This document shows, in pieces, positions 9,093 through 21,366 of a stretch of 64,000 nt of DNA (its first letter is position 1; every line of letters starts with the position of its first letter). Position numbers and translations under genes: made by a program. The notes beneath the pieces are model-generated. The model did not search any database and was not told where the DNA came from. It saw only the letters and a list, made by a program, of their open reading frames with translations. Location: positions 81 through 64,080 of the forward strand of contig CAZPSE010000006.1 of the NCBI GenBank assembly GCA_964589575.1. Direction: 5' to 3'. This stretch comes from an uncultured Gammaproteobacteria bacterium (lineage in GTDB: Bacteria; Pseudomonadota; Gammaproteobacteria; QNFE01; CAZPSE01).

Positions 9093-10346
9093 ATGTTTTC
9101 AAAATCAATGAATATCCAAGACTATGATTCACAGTTATGGGACGCGATTCAAAATGAAACGCAACGACAAGAAGATCATATTGAGCTAATTGCTTCTGAA
9201 AACTATACCAGCCCGCGCGTAATGCAAGCACAAGGTTCTTCTTTAACTAATAAATATGCAGAAGGTTATCCGTCTAAACGTTATTACGGCGGTTGTGAAT
9301 TTGTAGATGTGGCCGAGCAACTGGCTATTGATCGTGTTAAATCTTTATTTAATGCAGACTATGCCAATGTACAGCCCCACTCAGGCTCGCAAGCTAATGC
9401 ATCTGTTTATTTAGCGTTGTTACAACCTGGCGATACTATTTTGGGCATGAGCTTGGCGCACGGTGGTCATTTAACTCACGGTTCTCATGTTAGTTTTTCT
9501 GGCAAAGTTTATAACGCTGTTCAATACGGCATTGACGATGTTACAGGTTTAGTTGATTATGATGAAATTGCGGCATTGGCAAAAAAACATAAACCTAAAA
9601 TGGTTGTTGCAGGTTTTTCGGCATACTCGCGTACTTTAGATTGGAATAAATTTAGAGAAATCGCAGATTCTGTAGGCGCTTATTTATTTGTAGACATGGC
9701 GCACATTGCAGGTTTAGTAGCGACAGGTTTGTACCCAAGCCCTGTAAACATTGCCGATGTTACAACCAGTACCACACATAAAACACTACGCGGCCCACGC
9801 GGCGGTATTATTTTAGCTAAAGCCAATGCAGAGATAGAAAAAAAGTTAAGCTCGGCTGTGTTTCCTGGTATGCAAGGTGGCCCTTTAATGCATGTTATCG
9901 CAGCCAAAGCTGTTGCATTTAAAGAAGCGGCAGAGCCTGAGTTTAAAGTGTATCAACAACAAGTTATAGATAATGCAAGTGCGATGGCTAATGTATTAAT
10001 ACAACGCGGTTACGATATTGTTTCTGGCGGTACTGATGACCATTTGTTTTTAGTTTCATTAATATCGAAAGGTATAACCGGTAAAGAGGCTGATGCCGCT
10101 TTGGGTCTTGCACATATCACCGTTAATAAAAATTCTGTTCCTAATGACCCTAAATCTCCCTTTGTTACCAGTGGTTTGCGTATTGGTACACCGGCTATGA
10201 CCGCACGGGGTTTTAAAGTGAAAGAAGCTGAATTAATAGCGAATTGGATGGCAGACATTATTGATGACTTATCTAATGAAGATACTATCGTTAAGGTGCG
10301 CTCTAAAGTGTCTGAACTTTGTAAAAACTTTCCTGTTTACTCATAA
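9093..10346 (+). CDS. glyA: Serine hydroxymethyltransferase
   Basis: 417 aa. Shows the conserved PLP-site [12 protein letters not shown] and full-length collinearity with GlyA. Confidence 0.95.
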   Translation: MFSKSMNIQDYDSQLWDAIQNETQRQEDHIELIASENYTSPRVMQAQGSSLTNKYAEGYPSKRYYGGCEFVDVAEQLAIDRVKSLFNADYANVQPHSGSQANASVYLALLQPGDTILGMSLAHGGHLTHGSHVSFSGKVYNAVQYGIDDVTGLVDYDEIAALAKKHKPKMVVAGFSAYSRTLDWNKFREIADSVGAYLFVDMAHIAGLVATGLYPSPVNIADVTTSTTHKTLRGPRGGIILAKANAEIEKKLSSAVFPGMQGGPLMHVIAAKAVAFKEAAEPEFKVYQQQVIDNASAMANVLIQRGYDIVSGGTDDHLFLVSLISKGITGKEADAALGLAHITVNKNSVPNDPKSPFVTSGLRIGTPAMTARGFKVKEAELIANWMADIIDDLSNEDTIVKVRSKVSELCKNFPVYS

Positions 10347-10358
10347 CACGTATCATTT

Positions 10359-10805
10359 ATGAAATGTCCTTTCTGTTCCGATTTAGAAACGCGTGTAATC
10401 GACTCTCGGTTAACACCAGAGGGCGACAAAATAAAACGTAGAAGGGAGTGCGTTGCGTGTAAAGAACGTTTTTCTACGTTTGAATCTGCCGATGTTAGTT
10501 TCCCCAAAGTGGTTAAAAGTAACGGTACACGAGAAGTGTTTGAAGAAAGTAAGCTGTTGTCTGGCATTTCTCGCGCTTTAGAGCGTCGACCTGTGCCTAC
10601 TGAGCAAGTTGAAAATGCCATTAATCAAATAAAAAAACATTTAATGTCATTAGGCGATTCCGAAGTTACCAGCAGACGCATTGGCGAATGGGTAATGGAA
10701 GAATTACGTAAGTTAGACAAAGTGGCTTATATTCGGTTTGCCTCGGTTTACCGCAGCTTTGAAGACGTACAAGAGTTTCAAGATGTTATAGATGGTTTAG
10801 AGTGA
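10359..10805 (+). CDS. nrdR: Transcriptional repressor NrdR
   Basis: MKCPFC zinc ribbon plus ATP-cone, 148 aa. The glyA-nrdR-ribD synteny also supports it. Confidence 0.9.
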   Translation: MKCPFCSDLETRVIDSRLTPEGDKIKRRRECVACKERFSTFESADVSFPKVVKSNGTREVFEESKLLSGISRALERRPVPTEQVENAINQIKKHLMSLGDSEVTSRRIGEWVMEELRKLDKVAYIRFASVYRSFEDVQEFQDVIDGLE

Positions 10806-10811
10806 CTTGAA

Positions 10812-11915
10812 ATGAACGCTTTAAATATTAAGCTTAGTGATTGCAAAATTTTTATGAAACGCGCCATTACATTGGCAAAAAAAGGCTTGTATACAACCAA
10901 CCCTAACCCTAGGGTTGGTTGCGTTATTGTAGTAAACAACCAAATAGTTGGTGAAGGTTTTCATAAAAAAACTGGCCAGCCCCACGCAGAAGTACACGCA
11001 TTAAAGCAAGCAGGCGCATTAGCAAACAATGCCGATGTTTATGTCACGCTAGAACCATGCAGTCATTTTGGCCAAACTCCGCCATGTGCAAAAGCCTTAA
11101 TTAAAGCCAAAGTAAAACGCGTTTTTATTGCCAGTTTAGACCCTAATCCGCTGGTTTCTGGTAAGGGTATTAAGCTTTTAGAAGATGCAGGAATTGTTGT
11201 TTACAGTGGTTTGTTATATAAAAAAGCCGCTGAGTTAAATGTTGGCTTTTTTAAACGTATGCAAACAGGCTTGCCTTGGGTAAGAGTTAAAATGGCCATG
11301 AGTTTAGATGCCCGTACTGCTATGGCATCTGGCGAAAGTAAATGGATTACAGGGGCTGAAGCTAGACAAGATGTACAAAAACTTAGAGCAAGATCGTCTG
11401 CTATTTTAACCAGTATTAGTACAATTAAGGCCGACAATCCGTCTATGAATGTACGTCTAAAAAACAAGGCATCATACGTTAAAGCACCGTTATTAGTGGT
11501 TTTAGACAGTAACGGCCAGTTAACCGGCAATGAAAAACTGTTTAGCGTTAATAAACACATTCTTATTTATAGTAAAAAAGTCAATAGCGCCTTAGAGCCA
11601 TTAAAAAGTGACGTTGAAATTTGTATTGATAAATCAGAAGGTGAACTTATTAACTTAAAGTTTGTTTTGTTTGACTTAGGAAAAAGGCAAATAAATGAGT
11701 TACATGTGGAGTGTGGCAATACCTTAGCCGGTGCACTTATCTACAATGACTTGGCAGATGAACTGGTTACTTACATTGCCCCCAAACTAATGGGCAGTGC
11801 TGCTATGGCGTTGTTGAACCTTAACTTAGATAAAATGAGTCAAACTAAAAAAATGCTTTTTAAAGAAGTTAAAAGTATTGGGCAAGACATTAAAATTACA
11901 TCTATTTTTAAGTGA
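10812..11915 (+). CDS. ribD: Riboflavin biosynthesis deaminase/reductase RibD
   Basis: HAEVHAL and PCxxC deaminase motifs plus a C-terminal reductase domain. The true start may be the MKRAI Met at about 10854. Confidence 0.88.
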   Translation: MNALNIKLSDCKIFMKRAITLAKKGLYTTNPNPRVGCVIVVNNQIVGEGFHKKTGQPHAEVHALKQAGALANNADVYVTLEPCSHFGQTPPCAKALIKAKVKRVFIASLDPNPLVSGKGIKLLEDAGIVVYSGLLYKKAAELNVGFFKRMQTGLPWVRVKMAMSLDARTAMASGESKWITGAEARQDVQKLRARSSAILTSISTIKADNPSMNVRLKNKASYVKAPLLVVLDSNGQLTGNEKLFSVNKHILIYSKKVNSALEPLKSDVEICIDKSEGELINLKFVLFDLGKRQINELHVECGNTLAGALIYNDLADELVTYIAPKLMGSAAMALLNLNLDKMSQTKKMLFKEVKSIGQDIKITSIFK

Positions 11916-11929
11916 TATTAATGCGCTTT

Positions 11930-13069
11930 CTATTCGGCTAATAAATTAACTAAAGCGTGGTAATAAACTTCGGTCAATTGGTTTAAATCATCTACCGCTA
12001 CACACTCATCAATTTGATGAATGGTTTTATTTAGTGGGCCAAACTCCAATACTTGGCTACCCGTTGGGGCAATAAACCGACCGTCAGATGTACCACCTGC
12101 GGTTGATAATTTAGTATCCAGCCCTGTCACTGTTTTTATCGCTTTTACTACGCCGCTTACTAATTGCCCAGGTTCTGTCACAAAAGGCATGCCAGACAAG
12201 TTCCAGTCTATTTTATATTCCAAATTATATTTGTCTAATATCGCGGTAAATTTTTGTTTAATATCCTCTGGAGTTAGTTCTGTAGAGAAACGAAAATTAC
12301 TCATTATTTCTAATTCGCCAGGTATTACATTGTTTGCACCAGTACCCGCATTAACATTAGAAATTTGAAAAGTAGTAGCAGGGAAAAAGTCATTGCCGTT
12401 ATCCCAAGTGGTGTTTATTAGCTCTTCTAATGCTGGAGAAAATGAAAATAACGGGTTGTTTGCAAGGTGAGGGTAGGCAACATGCCCTTGTTTACCAATA
12501 ATGCTAAAATTGGCAGATAACGAACCTCTACGGCCATTTTTGATGGTATCACCCAGTTTATTGGTGCAAGACGGTTCGCCAACTAAACACCAGTCTATTT
12601 TTTCATTTCTTGCTTCTAATGTTTCAATCACTCTAACGGTGCCGTCTTTAGCTGGGCCTTCTTCGTCGCTGGTAATTAAATAACCAATAGAACCTTTATG
12701 GTTAGGGTAGTCGTTTACAAAACGCTTACTGGCTACCATAAAACAGGCTATAGAGCCTTTCATGTCGGCCGTTCCACGCCCGTACATTACCCCGCCGATA
12801 ATATCGGCAGAAAAAGGAGGGTGTGTCCATTTATCGGCATCGCCCGTAGGCACAACATCGGTATGCCCTGCAAATACTAAAAAGGGTTTTTCTGTTCCAC
12901 GACGCATCCATAAGTTTTCGGTATCGTTAAAGTTCATTTTTTCGACGCTAAAACCGTCATTTTGTAAATAGTCGCTTATAATTTTTTGACAGCCTTTATC
13001 GTCTGGCGTAACAGAATCTATTTGAATTAGTCGTTGAGTAAGGCGTATTGTTTCTGAATTTTTAGTCAT
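11930..13069 (-). CDS. dapE: Succinyl-diaminopimelate desuccinylase
   Basis: 379 aa M20 peptidase with a GHTDVVP motif. It is collinear with DapE. Confidence 0.88.
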   Translation of the reverse strand: MTKNSETIRLTQRLIQIDSVTPDDKGCQKIISDYLQNDGFSVEKMNFNDTENLWMRRGTEKPFLVFAGHTDVVPTGDADKWTHPPFSADIIGGVMYGRGTADMKGSIACFMVASKRFVNDYPNHKGSIGYLITSDEEGPAKDGTVRVIETLEARNEKIDWCLVGEPSCTNKLGDTIKNGRRGSLSANFSIIGKQGHVAYPHLANNPLFSFSPALEELINTTWDNGNDFFPATTFQISNVNAGTGANNVIPGELEIMSNFRFSTELTPEDIKQKFTAILDKYNLEYKIDWNLSGMPFVTEPGQLVSGVVKAIKTVTGLDTKLSTAGGTSDGRFIAPTGSQVLEFGPLNKTIHQIDECVAVDDLNQLTEVYYHALVNLLAE

Positions 13070-15734
13070 TAGAAATTGTTTGGTATAGGTTAGTAATTTG
13101 AGCGGTTAACTCGCTATGTAGTTGTTTTAATTCATCTTCTTTTAGTTGTTTGTCATCAAAGTTAGAGATAAATAATACATCGTCTATTTTTTCACCAATG
13201 ATGCCAATTTTTGCATTATGCACACGTATTTTATGGTCGTATAAAACTTGCGTAATTAAAGACAATATACCTGGGGCATCTGTAGCGGATATATGCAATA
13301 CAGTTAAATCTTTCCAAGTAGAAAATATTAGCCGTATGTAAGGGTCAAAGTGTTGGTGAGTATGGTATTGCGTTTTACGGTGATGGGGTTTAGGTTTTTC
13401 ATTGTTTTTTATAGCGTTATAAATGGCGGTATGGATTTTATCCATAACATGCCCATCTGATATGGCTTTTAAGTTATTGTCGATAATAGAAAAGTTAAAT
13501 AACGATTTATTGTCTTTAGAAATAATAATGCGTGATTCTAATATATTAATATCCATTCGCTCTAAAGCGTTACAAATGATAGAAAACAAACGGTCTGTAT
13601 TTTGAGTGTATATAAAAACATTACTGCATTGTTTTATATCGTCATTGTAAATATGTACCAAGGGTGCGTTAGACTGGTGGTTAATTATTGCCCGTGTATG
13701 AACAATAATGTCAAATTCATGATACCTAATAAAATAACCTTTTCTAAAACTGTCCCAAAGATCATTTATTTGTCCTAAATCACAGTCTTCTAAGGCTAAT
13801 TGTTTGGTGCAAGATAATTTTTTCTCTAACACAGTTTCGTCTATGTCTATAGGGTTGTCTAAGCCTCGCCTCAATAGGTTGAGCGTTTTATTGTACAAGT
13901 CGCTTAGCAGTTGATACTTCCAGTCTGACCATGCTTGAGGGTTGGTGGCGCGCATATCGCATATAGTTAGTAAATATAACTGCCTTAAATAATTAACAGA
14001 GCCAACTCTAATAGCAAACTCGTGTATTACTTCTGGGTCGGTTAAATCTTTGTGTTGTGCGGTAGTTGACATGATTAAATGGCTGGCGACCAACCAAGAC
14101 AGTAATTTGGTATCTACCGACGACATATTATGCTTTATGGCAAAATCTTTGGCTTCAATTGCCCCTAATTTGGCATGATCACCTTTACGGCCTTTGGCAA
14201 TATCATGAAATAAACCGGCCAAAAATAATACTTCGTTTTTAGGCAGTTTTTTCATAATGGCGCTGCAATCAGGAAACTCGTGATTGTGTTCTTCAATAGC
14301 AAAACGTCTTAAATTACGTACCAACATTAATGTGTGTTGGTCTACCGAATATACATGGAATAAATCATATTGCATACGCCCAACAACGTTTTCAAAAGCC
14401 GGTATATAACGGCTTAGCACCCCGTAACGTGCCATGCGCCTTAGTTGATGCGTTAAACCGTCTGGGTATCTAAATATATTAATAAACAATGTCTTACAAA
14501 TACTATCTGATCTAAATTCTTCATTAATTTCGTCTAAATTATTACGTATTTGGCGTATGGTTTCGGCACGTACACCAATAATTTCTTGATGGGTTGATAA
14601 GATAACAAAAGTTTCTAAAATAGCCGGTGGAAACAGTTTAAATAACTCTTCAGATTGGGTTTCTAAATAGCCGTTTCGTACCTGAAAGCGGTTGTTAATT
14701 CTTACAATTTCTTGTTTTTGGTTTTTAAATAAAATTTCTTCTTTAAACAGTTGCATTAACAGTTCATTAATTCGCGACAATTCGGTAATGGTTTTAAAGT
14801 ACCGTTGCATTAGCTGTTCTATGCGGTCATTTAATCGTTCGCCTTGGTAACCCAATACGTCAGATAGGGTTTGCTGGTAATTAAACAACACTCGGTTTTC
14901 TTGTCTTTTTGCAAAACCATGCAGCAAAAAACGTATTAACCACAAAAAGTTTCTGCCTTCTATTAAAGCATTACACTCATCTTCTTGTATAAAACCTATG
15001 CGTTTCATACGGTTTAAGTCATTAACATTAAAGGCGCGTTTTAATACCCAAATAATATTATGGATGTCTCGTAAGCCACCGGGGCTTTCTTTTAAGTTAG
15101 GTTCTAATTTGTAACTGGCATCGTTAAATTTTTCATAACGAATATTTTTTTCTTCTAATTTTGCCTCAAAAAACTGCTTTTTATCCCACATTTTATCAAC
15201 AGCTAAAGCGGTTTCCATTTGCTTAAATAAATCCTTTTTACCCGCAATATAAAACCCTTCCATTAAATTAGTAATAACGGTAATGTCTTTTTCTGCTTCT
15301 TGGCGGCACTCTTCAATACTACGAACGGTGCTGCCAATGTCTAAACCTGTATCCCATAAAAAGGTTATAAAACCCGATAATGTTTCTGCGTGGGTGTCTT
15401 GTGTATTTTCTTCATACAATATAACAAGGTCAATGTCAGAGTGGGGCATCAGTTCACGTCTGCCATACCCGCCTACTGCGGCTAGGCACAAGTCGTTATT
15501 GTCTTTAAAAAAGTGTGCCCAAATATTTTGTAATACAAGGTCAATGCAATAAACTTTGTATTTAACAACGGTTTCAATATCGTCTGTGTTGTTAATTAAG
15601 TAATTAACTAAGTCGTCATTGTTATTACGTATGTGTTGCTTAATTGCAATGGCTAGCTGAATATTGTTTTCGTAGTTTTTCTCAAAAAGTTGTTCAACTT
15701 CTTGCTTAATAGAATCGTAGACGCTAAATAACAT
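13062..15734 (-). CDS. glnD: PII uridylyltransferase/uridylyl-removing enzyme GlnD
   Basis: Nucleotidyltransferase, HD and ACT domains. The ORF extends to 15845, but the likely start is the MLFSVYD Met at 15734, which abuts the map stop. Confidence 0.88.
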   Translation of the reverse strand: MLFSVYDSIKQEVEQLFEKNYENNIQLAIAIKQHIRNNNDDLVNYLINNTDDIETVVKYKVYCIDLVLQNIWAHFFKDNNDLCLAAVGGYGRRELMPHSDIDLVILYEENTQDTHAETLSGFITFLWDTGLDIGSTVRSIEECRQEAEKDITVITNLMEGFYIAGKKDLFKQMETALAVDKMWDKKQFFEAKLEEKNIRYEKFNDASYKLEPNLKESPGGLRDIHNIIWVLKRAFNVNDLNRMKRIGFIQEDECNALIEGRNFLWLIRFLLHGFAKRQENRVLFNYQQTLSDVLGYQGERLNDRIEQLMQRYFKTITELSRINELLMQLFKEEILFKNQKQEIVRINNRFQVRNGYLETQSEELFKLFPPAILETFVILSTHQEIIGVRAETIRQIRNNLDEINEEFRSDSICKTLFINIFRYPDGLTHQLRRMARYGVLSRYIPAFENVVGRMQYDLFHVYSVDQHTLMLVRNLRRFAIEEHNHEFPDCSAIMKKLPKNEVLFLAGLFHDIAKGRKGDHAKLGAIEAKDFAIKHNMSSVDTKLLSWLVASHLIMSTTAQHKDLTDPEVIHEFAIRVGSVNYLRQLYLLTICDMRATNPQAWSDWKYQLLSDLYNKTLNLLRRGLDNPIDIDETVLEKKLSCTKQLALEDCDLGQINDLWDSFRKGYFIRYHEFDIIVHTRAIINHQSNAPLVHIYNDDIKQCSNVFIYTQNTDRLFSIICNALERMDINILESRIIISKDNKSLFNFSIIDNNLKAISDGHVMDKIHTAIYNAIKNNEKPKPHHRKTQYHTHQHFDPYIRLIFSTWKDLTVLHISATDAPGILSLITQVLYDHKIRVHNAKIGIIGEKIDDVLFISNFDDKQLKEDELKQLHSELTAQITNLYQTISND

Positions 15735-16501
15735 TAAATGGTTTCGCCTTCGCGTAAAGTTAACACCTCTACACCTGTTTTGGTTACTAATAAGGTGTGT
15801 TCCCACTGGGCAGACAGGCTTCTGTCTTTTGTTACTACCGTCCATTCATCTTTTAAAACTTTAATTTCTTTTTTACCTAAATTAACCATAGGCTCAATAG
15901 TAAAAGTCATGCCTTCACGCAATAGGGGGCCGGAATCTTTTTTACCGTAGTGTAATACTTGTGGCTCATCGTGAAACTTTTCGCCAATGCCATGGCCGCA
16001 GTATTCGCGCACTACGGTGCAATAATTTGCTTCGGTATACTTTTGTATAGCAAAACCAATCTCACCTAGCCTTACACCGTCTTTAACTTGTTTAATGCCT
16101 TCTATTAAGGCTTGGTGTGCAACGGCAACAATACGTTTCCCTTGTACTGTGGCCTTACCTATAAAAAACATTTTACTGGTATCACCGTGGTAACCGTCTT
16201 TAATAACCGTAATATCAATATTGATAATGTCGCCTTTTTTTAAAACTTTATCACTAGGTATACCATGACAAACTTGTTGGTTGGTTGATGTGCAAATAGA
16301 TTTAGGGAAACCGTGATAATTTAGTGGGGCAGGGATGGCTTGTTGCTCGTTTACTATAAAGTCATGACAAATCTTGTCCAGTTCATTAGTGGTAACCCCC
16401 GCTTTAACAAACGGTTCTATCATTTCTAAAACTTGCGCGGCTAAACGCCCAGCCACGCGCATTTTTTGTATTTGATCTTCTGTTTTTATTTCTATAGCCA
16501 T
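15734..16501 (-). CDS. map: Methionine aminopeptidase
   Basis: 255 aa with conserved metal ligands. It is divergent from rpsB, as in E. coli. Confidence 0.93.
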   Translation of the reverse strand: MAIEIKTEDQIQKMRVAGRLAAQVLEMIEPFVKAGVTTNELDKICHDFIVNEQQAIPAPLNYHGFPKSICTSTNQQVCHGIPSDKVLKKGDIINIDITVIKDGYHGDTSKMFFIGKATVQGKRIVAVAHQALIEGIKQVKDGVRLGEIGFAIQKYTEANYCTVVREYCGHGIGEKFHDEPQVLHYGKKDSGPLLREGMTFTIEPMVNLGKKEIKVLKDEWTVVTKDRSLSAQWEHTLLVTKTGVEVLTLREGETI

Positions 16502-16576
16502 AAGGGTTTACATGTTTATAATTGTTTTGTATTTTCTCACATAATATTAAAGTGTGTAATACTTTAATAAAAGTGC

Positions 16577-16603
16577 TGTTTTCGTCGACCCCTTGCTATA
16601 TCT
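16577..16603. repeat. Solo GTCGACCCCTTGC repeat copy in the map/rpsB divergent intergenic region
   Basis: tgttttcgtcgaccccttgctatatc. Its reverse complement matches 34641-34660 in 20 of 20 positions. Confidence 0.8.
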
Positions 16604-16794
16604 TTTGTATTTATATAGTTGAAATAAGTTGTATTTTTAGGCTGTTTTTGGTATAAATGCGCCTGCTTTGAAAGAGTGGTTCTTTTAAACAAAAATTCTC
16701 ACACGTAGTCAACATTAATCACGGGTGCTTTTATTAATTTAAAAAGTTGTGATTATGTTACGTGGACGTCTAACCCAATTCTATAGGAATTATT

Positions 16795-17514
16795 ATGTCA
16801 CAAGTATCAATGCGCCAAATGCTAGAAGCAGGCGTTCATTTCGGCCATCAAACACGTTATTGGTCTCCAAAAATGTCGCAGTACCTATTTGGTGAGCGCA
16901 ACAAAATCCATATCTTCAACTTAGAAAAATCTCAGCCTATGTTGGAAGATGCGATTAACTTTATTGGTAAACTTGCCTCTAATAACGGCAAAATTCTTTT
17001 TGTTGGTACAAAAAGATCCGCACGCGATGCCATTAAAGAATCTGCAGAAGCGGTAAATATGCCTTATGTTGCACGACGTTGGTTAGGTGGCATGATGACT
17101 AACTACAAAACGGTAAAACGTTCTGTAAACCGTTTAAAAGAACTAGAAAAAATGTTTGAAGACGGTTCTGTTCATAAGTTAATTAAAAAAGAAGCATTAG
17201 CTTTAGAACGTGAAATGATTAAACTTGATGGCAACTTAGGTGGCATTAAAAATATGGGTCGTTTACCGGATGCCTTATTTATAATTGATGTAGGCCACGA
17301 AAAAATTGCCATACAAGAAGCAAATAAATTAGGTATACCGGTTGTTGCGGTTGTAGATAGCAACAGCAACCCCGATGGTGTTGATTACATTATCCCTGGT
17401 AATGACGATGCTATACGTGCAATTCAGTTATACACTGATGCTATTTCTCAAGCAATTGAAGAAGGCAAAGCCACGATTACTAACGCTAAAAAAGAAGACG
17501 CTGAAGAAGCGTAA
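16795..17514 (+). CDS. rpsB: 30S ribosomal protein S2
   Basis: [23 protein letters not shown] at the N-terminus. Confidence 0.95.
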   Translation: MSQVSMRQMLEAGVHFGHQTRYWSPKMSQYLFGERNKIHIFNLEKSQPMLEDAINFIGKLASNNGKILFVGTKRSARDAIKESAEAVNMPYVARRWLGGMMTNYKTVKRSVNRLKELEKMFEDGSVHKLIKKEALALEREMIKLDGNLGGIKNMGRLPDALFIIDVGHEKIAIQEANKLGIPVVAVVDSNSNPDGVDYIIPGNDDAIRAIQLYTDAISQAIEEGKATITNAKKEDAEEA

Positions 17515-17604
17515 TTTTAGTTTATCCTGCTTTAATTTTGTGGGATAGGTTAGGTTACTTAATGAATAAATTTAGAGCTATGCTCTATAAGTTTGAGGTT
17601 TAAA

Positions 17605-18483
17605 ATGGCTATTACAGCTAAGTTGGTAAAGGAATTAAGAGACCGCACTGGTGCGGCAATGATGGAATGTAAAAAAGCATTAGTTGCGACAGACGGAAAT
17701 GTTGATGCAGCAGTTGATGAAATGAGAAAGTCTGGAATGGCAAATGCCGAGAAAAAAGGTAGCAGAATTGCTGCCGATGGTTGTGTTGCCATTTCTGTTG
17801 CAGAGGATTCAAAGTCTGCAATTATGCTAGAAGTAAATAGTGAAACGGATTTTGTTGCCAAGGGCGACGACTTTAAAGGTTTTGTAAATACCTTGCTTGA
17901 TACTATTTCTAGTGAATCACCAACAGATGTTGCTGCATTGTCTGCCGTAACGGTTGGTGCTTATACTGTTGAAGAATTACGCCAAGCATTGGTTGCTAAA
18001 ATTGGTGAAAACATTAAAATCCGTCGTTTTGAAAACATAAGCAGCAACGGTGGTGTTATTGCTTCTTATTCTCACGGTGGTCGTATTGGTGTTTTAGCAG
18101 AAGTAGAAGGTTCTGAAACCGGTTTAGCTAAAGACGTTGCTATGCACGTGGCCGCTAGCCGTCCTACCTGTGTTTCTCAAGACCAAGTAGACCCTGCAAT
18201 ACTAGAAAAAGAGAAATCTATTTTAGTCGCTCAGGCTAAAGACAGCGGCAAGCCAGACAATATTATCGAAAAAATGGTCGAAGGGCGTATGCGTAAGTTT
18301 TTAGCAGACATTACTTTAGACGGACAACCGTTTGTTAAAGACCCTGATCAAACCGTTGCTAAATACTTAGCTTCTAAAGGTTCTAAAGCGACCATGTTTA
18401 TTCGCTATGAAGTAGGCGAAGGTATTGAAAAGAAAGTAGAAAACTTTGCAGATGAAGTTGCGGCACAAGCTGCTGGTGCATAA
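17605..18483 (+). CDS. tsf: Elongation factor Ts
   Basis: [26 protein letters not shown]. The ORF opens at 17593, but the conserved start is at 17605. Confidence 0.92.
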   Translation: [292 protein letters not shown]

Positions 18484-18507
18484 GTACTGACCATTTGCAC
18501 TTATAAT

Positions 18508-18534
18508 AAAAAGCCGGGTTACCGGCTTTTTATT
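18508..18534 (+). terminator. Rho-independent terminator after tsf
   Basis: aaaaagccgggttaccggcttttta: a GC stem followed by a T-run. Confidence 0.7.
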
Positions 18535-18562
18535 TGTCTAAAATTTATACAGAGAAAAAATA

Positions 18563-19276
18563 ATGGCAGCACTAAAATATAAAAGAGTCTTGTTAAAGCT
18601 TAGCGGCGAAGCACTAATGGGAGACTTAGATTATGGTATTGACCCCAACGTTTTAAACAACACGGCAAATGCAATTGTAGAGTTACAAGAAAGTGGCTTA
18701 GAAATGGGTATAGTAATTGGAGCTGGCAATATTTTTAGAGGCGCAGGGCTACAAAAGTCTGGCATTAACCGTGTAACTGGCGACTATATGGGCATGTTAG
18801 CCACAGTGATGAACTGCCTTGCTTTACAAGATAGTTTGCTAAAGAAAAATATAGAAGTGATTGTAATGTCGGCAATTTCTATGGACATCATTACTGAAAG
18901 TTATAATTCGATAAAAGCACGTCAATACTTGTCACAAGGCAAGGTTGTTATCTTTGCTGGTGGTTCAGGAAATCCATTTTTTACCACTGACTCAGCCGGT
19001 GCATTAAGAGCAATAGAAACCGAATGCGATTGTTTGATTAAGGCAACCAATGTAGATGGCGTTTACGATAAAGATCCATCCAAACATGATGACGCAGTTT
19101 GTTACAGTACAGTAAGTTATGATGAAGTGATTCAGAAAGATTTAAAAGTAATGGATTTAACCGCCATTATTTTATGCAGAGATCATAAAATGCCTTTAAA
19201 AGTATTAAACATGAATATTAAAGGTAATATGCAAAAAGCTGTTGAAGGCGATGAAATTGGTACTACAGTAAACTAG
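18563..19276 (+). CDS. pyrH: UMP kinase
   Basis: 237 aa, KRVLLKLSGEAL at the N-terminus. Confidence 0.93.
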   Translation: MAALKYKRVLLKLSGEALMGDLDYGIDPNVLNNTANAIVELQESGLEMGIVIGAGNIFRGAGLQKSGINRVTGDYMGMLATVMNCLALQDSLLKKNIEVIVMSAISMDIITESYNSIKARQYLSQGKVVIFAGGSGNPFFTTDSAGALRAIETECDCLIKATNVDGVYDKDPSKHDDAVCYSTVSYDEVIQKDLKVMDLTAIILCRDHKMPLKVLNMNIKGNMQKAVEGDEIGTTVN

Positions 19277-19282
19277 GTAATA

Positions 19283-19843
19283 ATGATGATAAATGAAATT
19301 AAAGATGATGCTGATGACCGTATGGACAAAACTATTGAGTCATTTAAAGAACAACTAAAAAAAATAAGAACCGGACGTGCGCATCCAAGTTTACTAGAAC
19401 ATGTGTCGGTAGAGTATTACGGTGCAGTAACACCTTTATCGCAAGTTTCAAACATTGGTGTGGAAGATGCGAGAACCTTAACCGTGACCGTTTGGGAAAA
19501 AGACATGGTGAAAGTGGTAGAGAAAGCGATAATGAGTTCAGACCTCGGTCTTAACCCATCATCTGCAGGTACAGTATTAAGAATACCGATGCCACCATTA
19601 ACAGAAGAACGACGTAAAGATTTAGTAAAAGTAGTAAAGCACGAAGGTGAAAACGCAAAAGTAGCTGTTCGTAATATAAGGCGTGATGCCAATAGTGATT
19701 ACAAAGAACTCTTAAAAGAAAAAGAAATTTCTGAAGATGATGAGCGTAAAGCCTCTGAAGTGATTCAAAATTTAACCAATAATCATGTAAAAGTTATTGA
19801 TTCTTTACTGGATGTTAAAGAACAAGAGTTAATGGCCGTTTAG
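19283..19843 (+). CDS. frr: Ribosome recycling factor
   Basis: 186 aa and collinear with Frr. Confidence 0.93.
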   Translation: MMINEIKDDADDRMDKTIESFKEQLKKIRTGRAHPSLLEHVSVEYYGAVTPLSQVSNIGVEDARTLTVTVWEKDMVKVVEKAIMSSDLGLNPSSAGTVLRIPMPPLTEERRKDLVKVVKHEGENAKVAVRNIRRDANSDYKELLKEKEISEDDERKASEVIQNLTNNHVKVIDSLLDVKEQELMAV

Positions 19844-19855
19844 TAAAGCAATTTA

Positions 19856-20566
19856 ATGACTAAAGCTCTTAATCACGTCGCCATTATTATGGACGGTAAT
19901 GGACGGTGGGCTAAAAAACGTTTTTTACCGCGCAAAGCAGGGCATGTTGCGGGTGTAAAAGCGACAAAAAAAGCCGTTCAGTTTTGTGTAATAAATAAAA
20001 TAAAATCACTTACAATTTATGCGTTTAGCAACGAAAACTGGAATCGGCCTAAAGTTGAAACCGACCATTTAATGGGCTTATTTATTCAATCGTTAAAAAA
20101 TGAAATTGTCGAATTGCATAGCAACCAAATTAAAATAACTTTTATAGGAAATCGTAGTGATTTATCTGTAAAACTGAATGTGGAAATAAGCAATGCCGAA
20201 AAGTTGACCAAAGATAATTTGGGGTTAAAACTGAATATTGCTTTAAATTACGGCGGTCGTTCAGAAATTTTAAACGCAATTAAAAGTTTAGATTTAAAGC
20301 AAGTTGATATTCAAGCGTTAACAGAAGAAAAATTGGCCGATTATATGTACTTGCCTAATCAAGAAAATGTAGATTTATTGATTAGAACCGGTGGTGAGCA
20401 ACGAATAAGCAACTTTTTACTTTGGCATATTGCCTATGCAGAATTGTATTTTAGTGATGTTTTGTGGCCTGATTTTGATGCGAAAGAATTTGAACATGCA
20501 ATATCTGTATTTAATAACACCGAACGGCGTTTCGGTAAAACCAGTGAACAACTAAAAAAATGCTAA
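19856..20566 (+). CDS. uppS: Undecaprenyl diphosphate synthase
   Basis: HVAIIMDGNGRWA motif. Confidence 0.9.
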   Translation: MTKALNHVAIIMDGNGRWAKKRFLPRKAGHVAGVKATKKAVQFCVINKIKSLTIYAFSNENWNRPKVETDHLMGLFIQSLKNEIVELHSNQIKITFIGNRSDLSVKLNVEISNAEKLTKDNLGLKLNIALNYGGRSEILNAIKSLDLKQVDIQALTEEKLADYMYLPNQENVDLLIRTGGEQRISNFLLWHIAYAELYFSDVLWPDFDAKEFEHAISVFNNTERRFGKTSEQLKKC

Positions 20567-21366
20567 AACAACGGGTTATTACAGCTTTAGTGTTGGTTAT
20601 TTTATTAGGCTTAGATTTCTATTTTCTTTCTTTAGCATCTTTAAAGTTGGTTCTTGTTGCAATAATATTTTTAGCAGCAAAAGAATGGGCTAAGTTAAGC
20701 CTAGTAAAAGCAACGAACCTACAATGGGTTTATGCTTTTGTAATTGCTGTATCCGCATATTTTATAGAATCGTTAACCCCAGCTAATTATTTGCTCATGT
20801 TTTTAAAAATGATGAGTATTGGCTGGTTATTAACCATTGTTTATTTGTTGTTTATTATCAAAAAAATCACAAAAGGTGAAAAAACTTCGCTAACTTGGCT
20901 GTTTTCAGGAGCATTAGTTTTAACATCAACGTTTATTGCTTTAAGTGTTATTTTGCAACAGTTCGATACTAATAGACTACTAATATTGTTGTTAATCGCC
21001 GTTGTATGGATTACAGACAGTGGCGCTTATTTTGTAGGAAAAACAATAGGCAAACACAAGTTTTCACCTATTGTTAGCCCCGGTAAAACATGGCAAGGCG
21101 TTGTTGGGGGTGTAGCCTTAGCCAGTATTTATGGGTATTTTATTGCGCCATTTTTTACCACTGAAAACACCATTGGATTTGTGGCTTTAATTACTCTTGC
21201 AGCAGTAGTATCTGTTTTTGGAGACTTACTAGAAAGTTTGCATAAAAGGCAATCTGGTTTTAAAGACAGTGGCAATATATTACCCGGCCACGGAGGTGTT
21301 TTAGACAGAGTAGACAGCCTTTTATCTTATACGCCTGTTATTGTTGTAGGGTTAGCTTATGTCTAA
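20560..21366 (+). CDS. cdsA: Phosphatidate cytidylyltransferase
   Basis: 268-aa multi-TM protein with the C-terminal CdsA signature (SxxKRxxGxKDxGxxxPGHGGxxDRxD). Confidence 0.88.
   Translation: MLKQRVITALVLVILLGLDFYFLSLASLKLVLVAIIFLAAKEWAKLSLVKATNLQWVYAFVIAVSAYFIESLTPANYLLMFLKMMSIGWLLTIVYLLFIIKKITKGEKTSLTWLFSGALVLTSTFIALSVILQQFDTNRLLILLLIAVVWITDSGAYFVGKTIGKHKFSPIVSPGKTWQGVVGGVALASIYGYFIAPFFTTENTIGFVALITLAAVVSVFGDLLESLHKRQSGFKDSGNILPGHGGVLDRVDSLLSYTPVIVVGLAYV

Noticed and set aside
12021-13605. Multiple 60-115-aa ORFs opposite dapE and glnD
   Set aside because: They are shadow ORFs within conserved genes.
13062-15845. glnD ORF extending 37 codons upstream into map
   Set aside because: The extension overlaps the 3' end of map and lacks GlnD homology. 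The Met at 15734 is the probable start.
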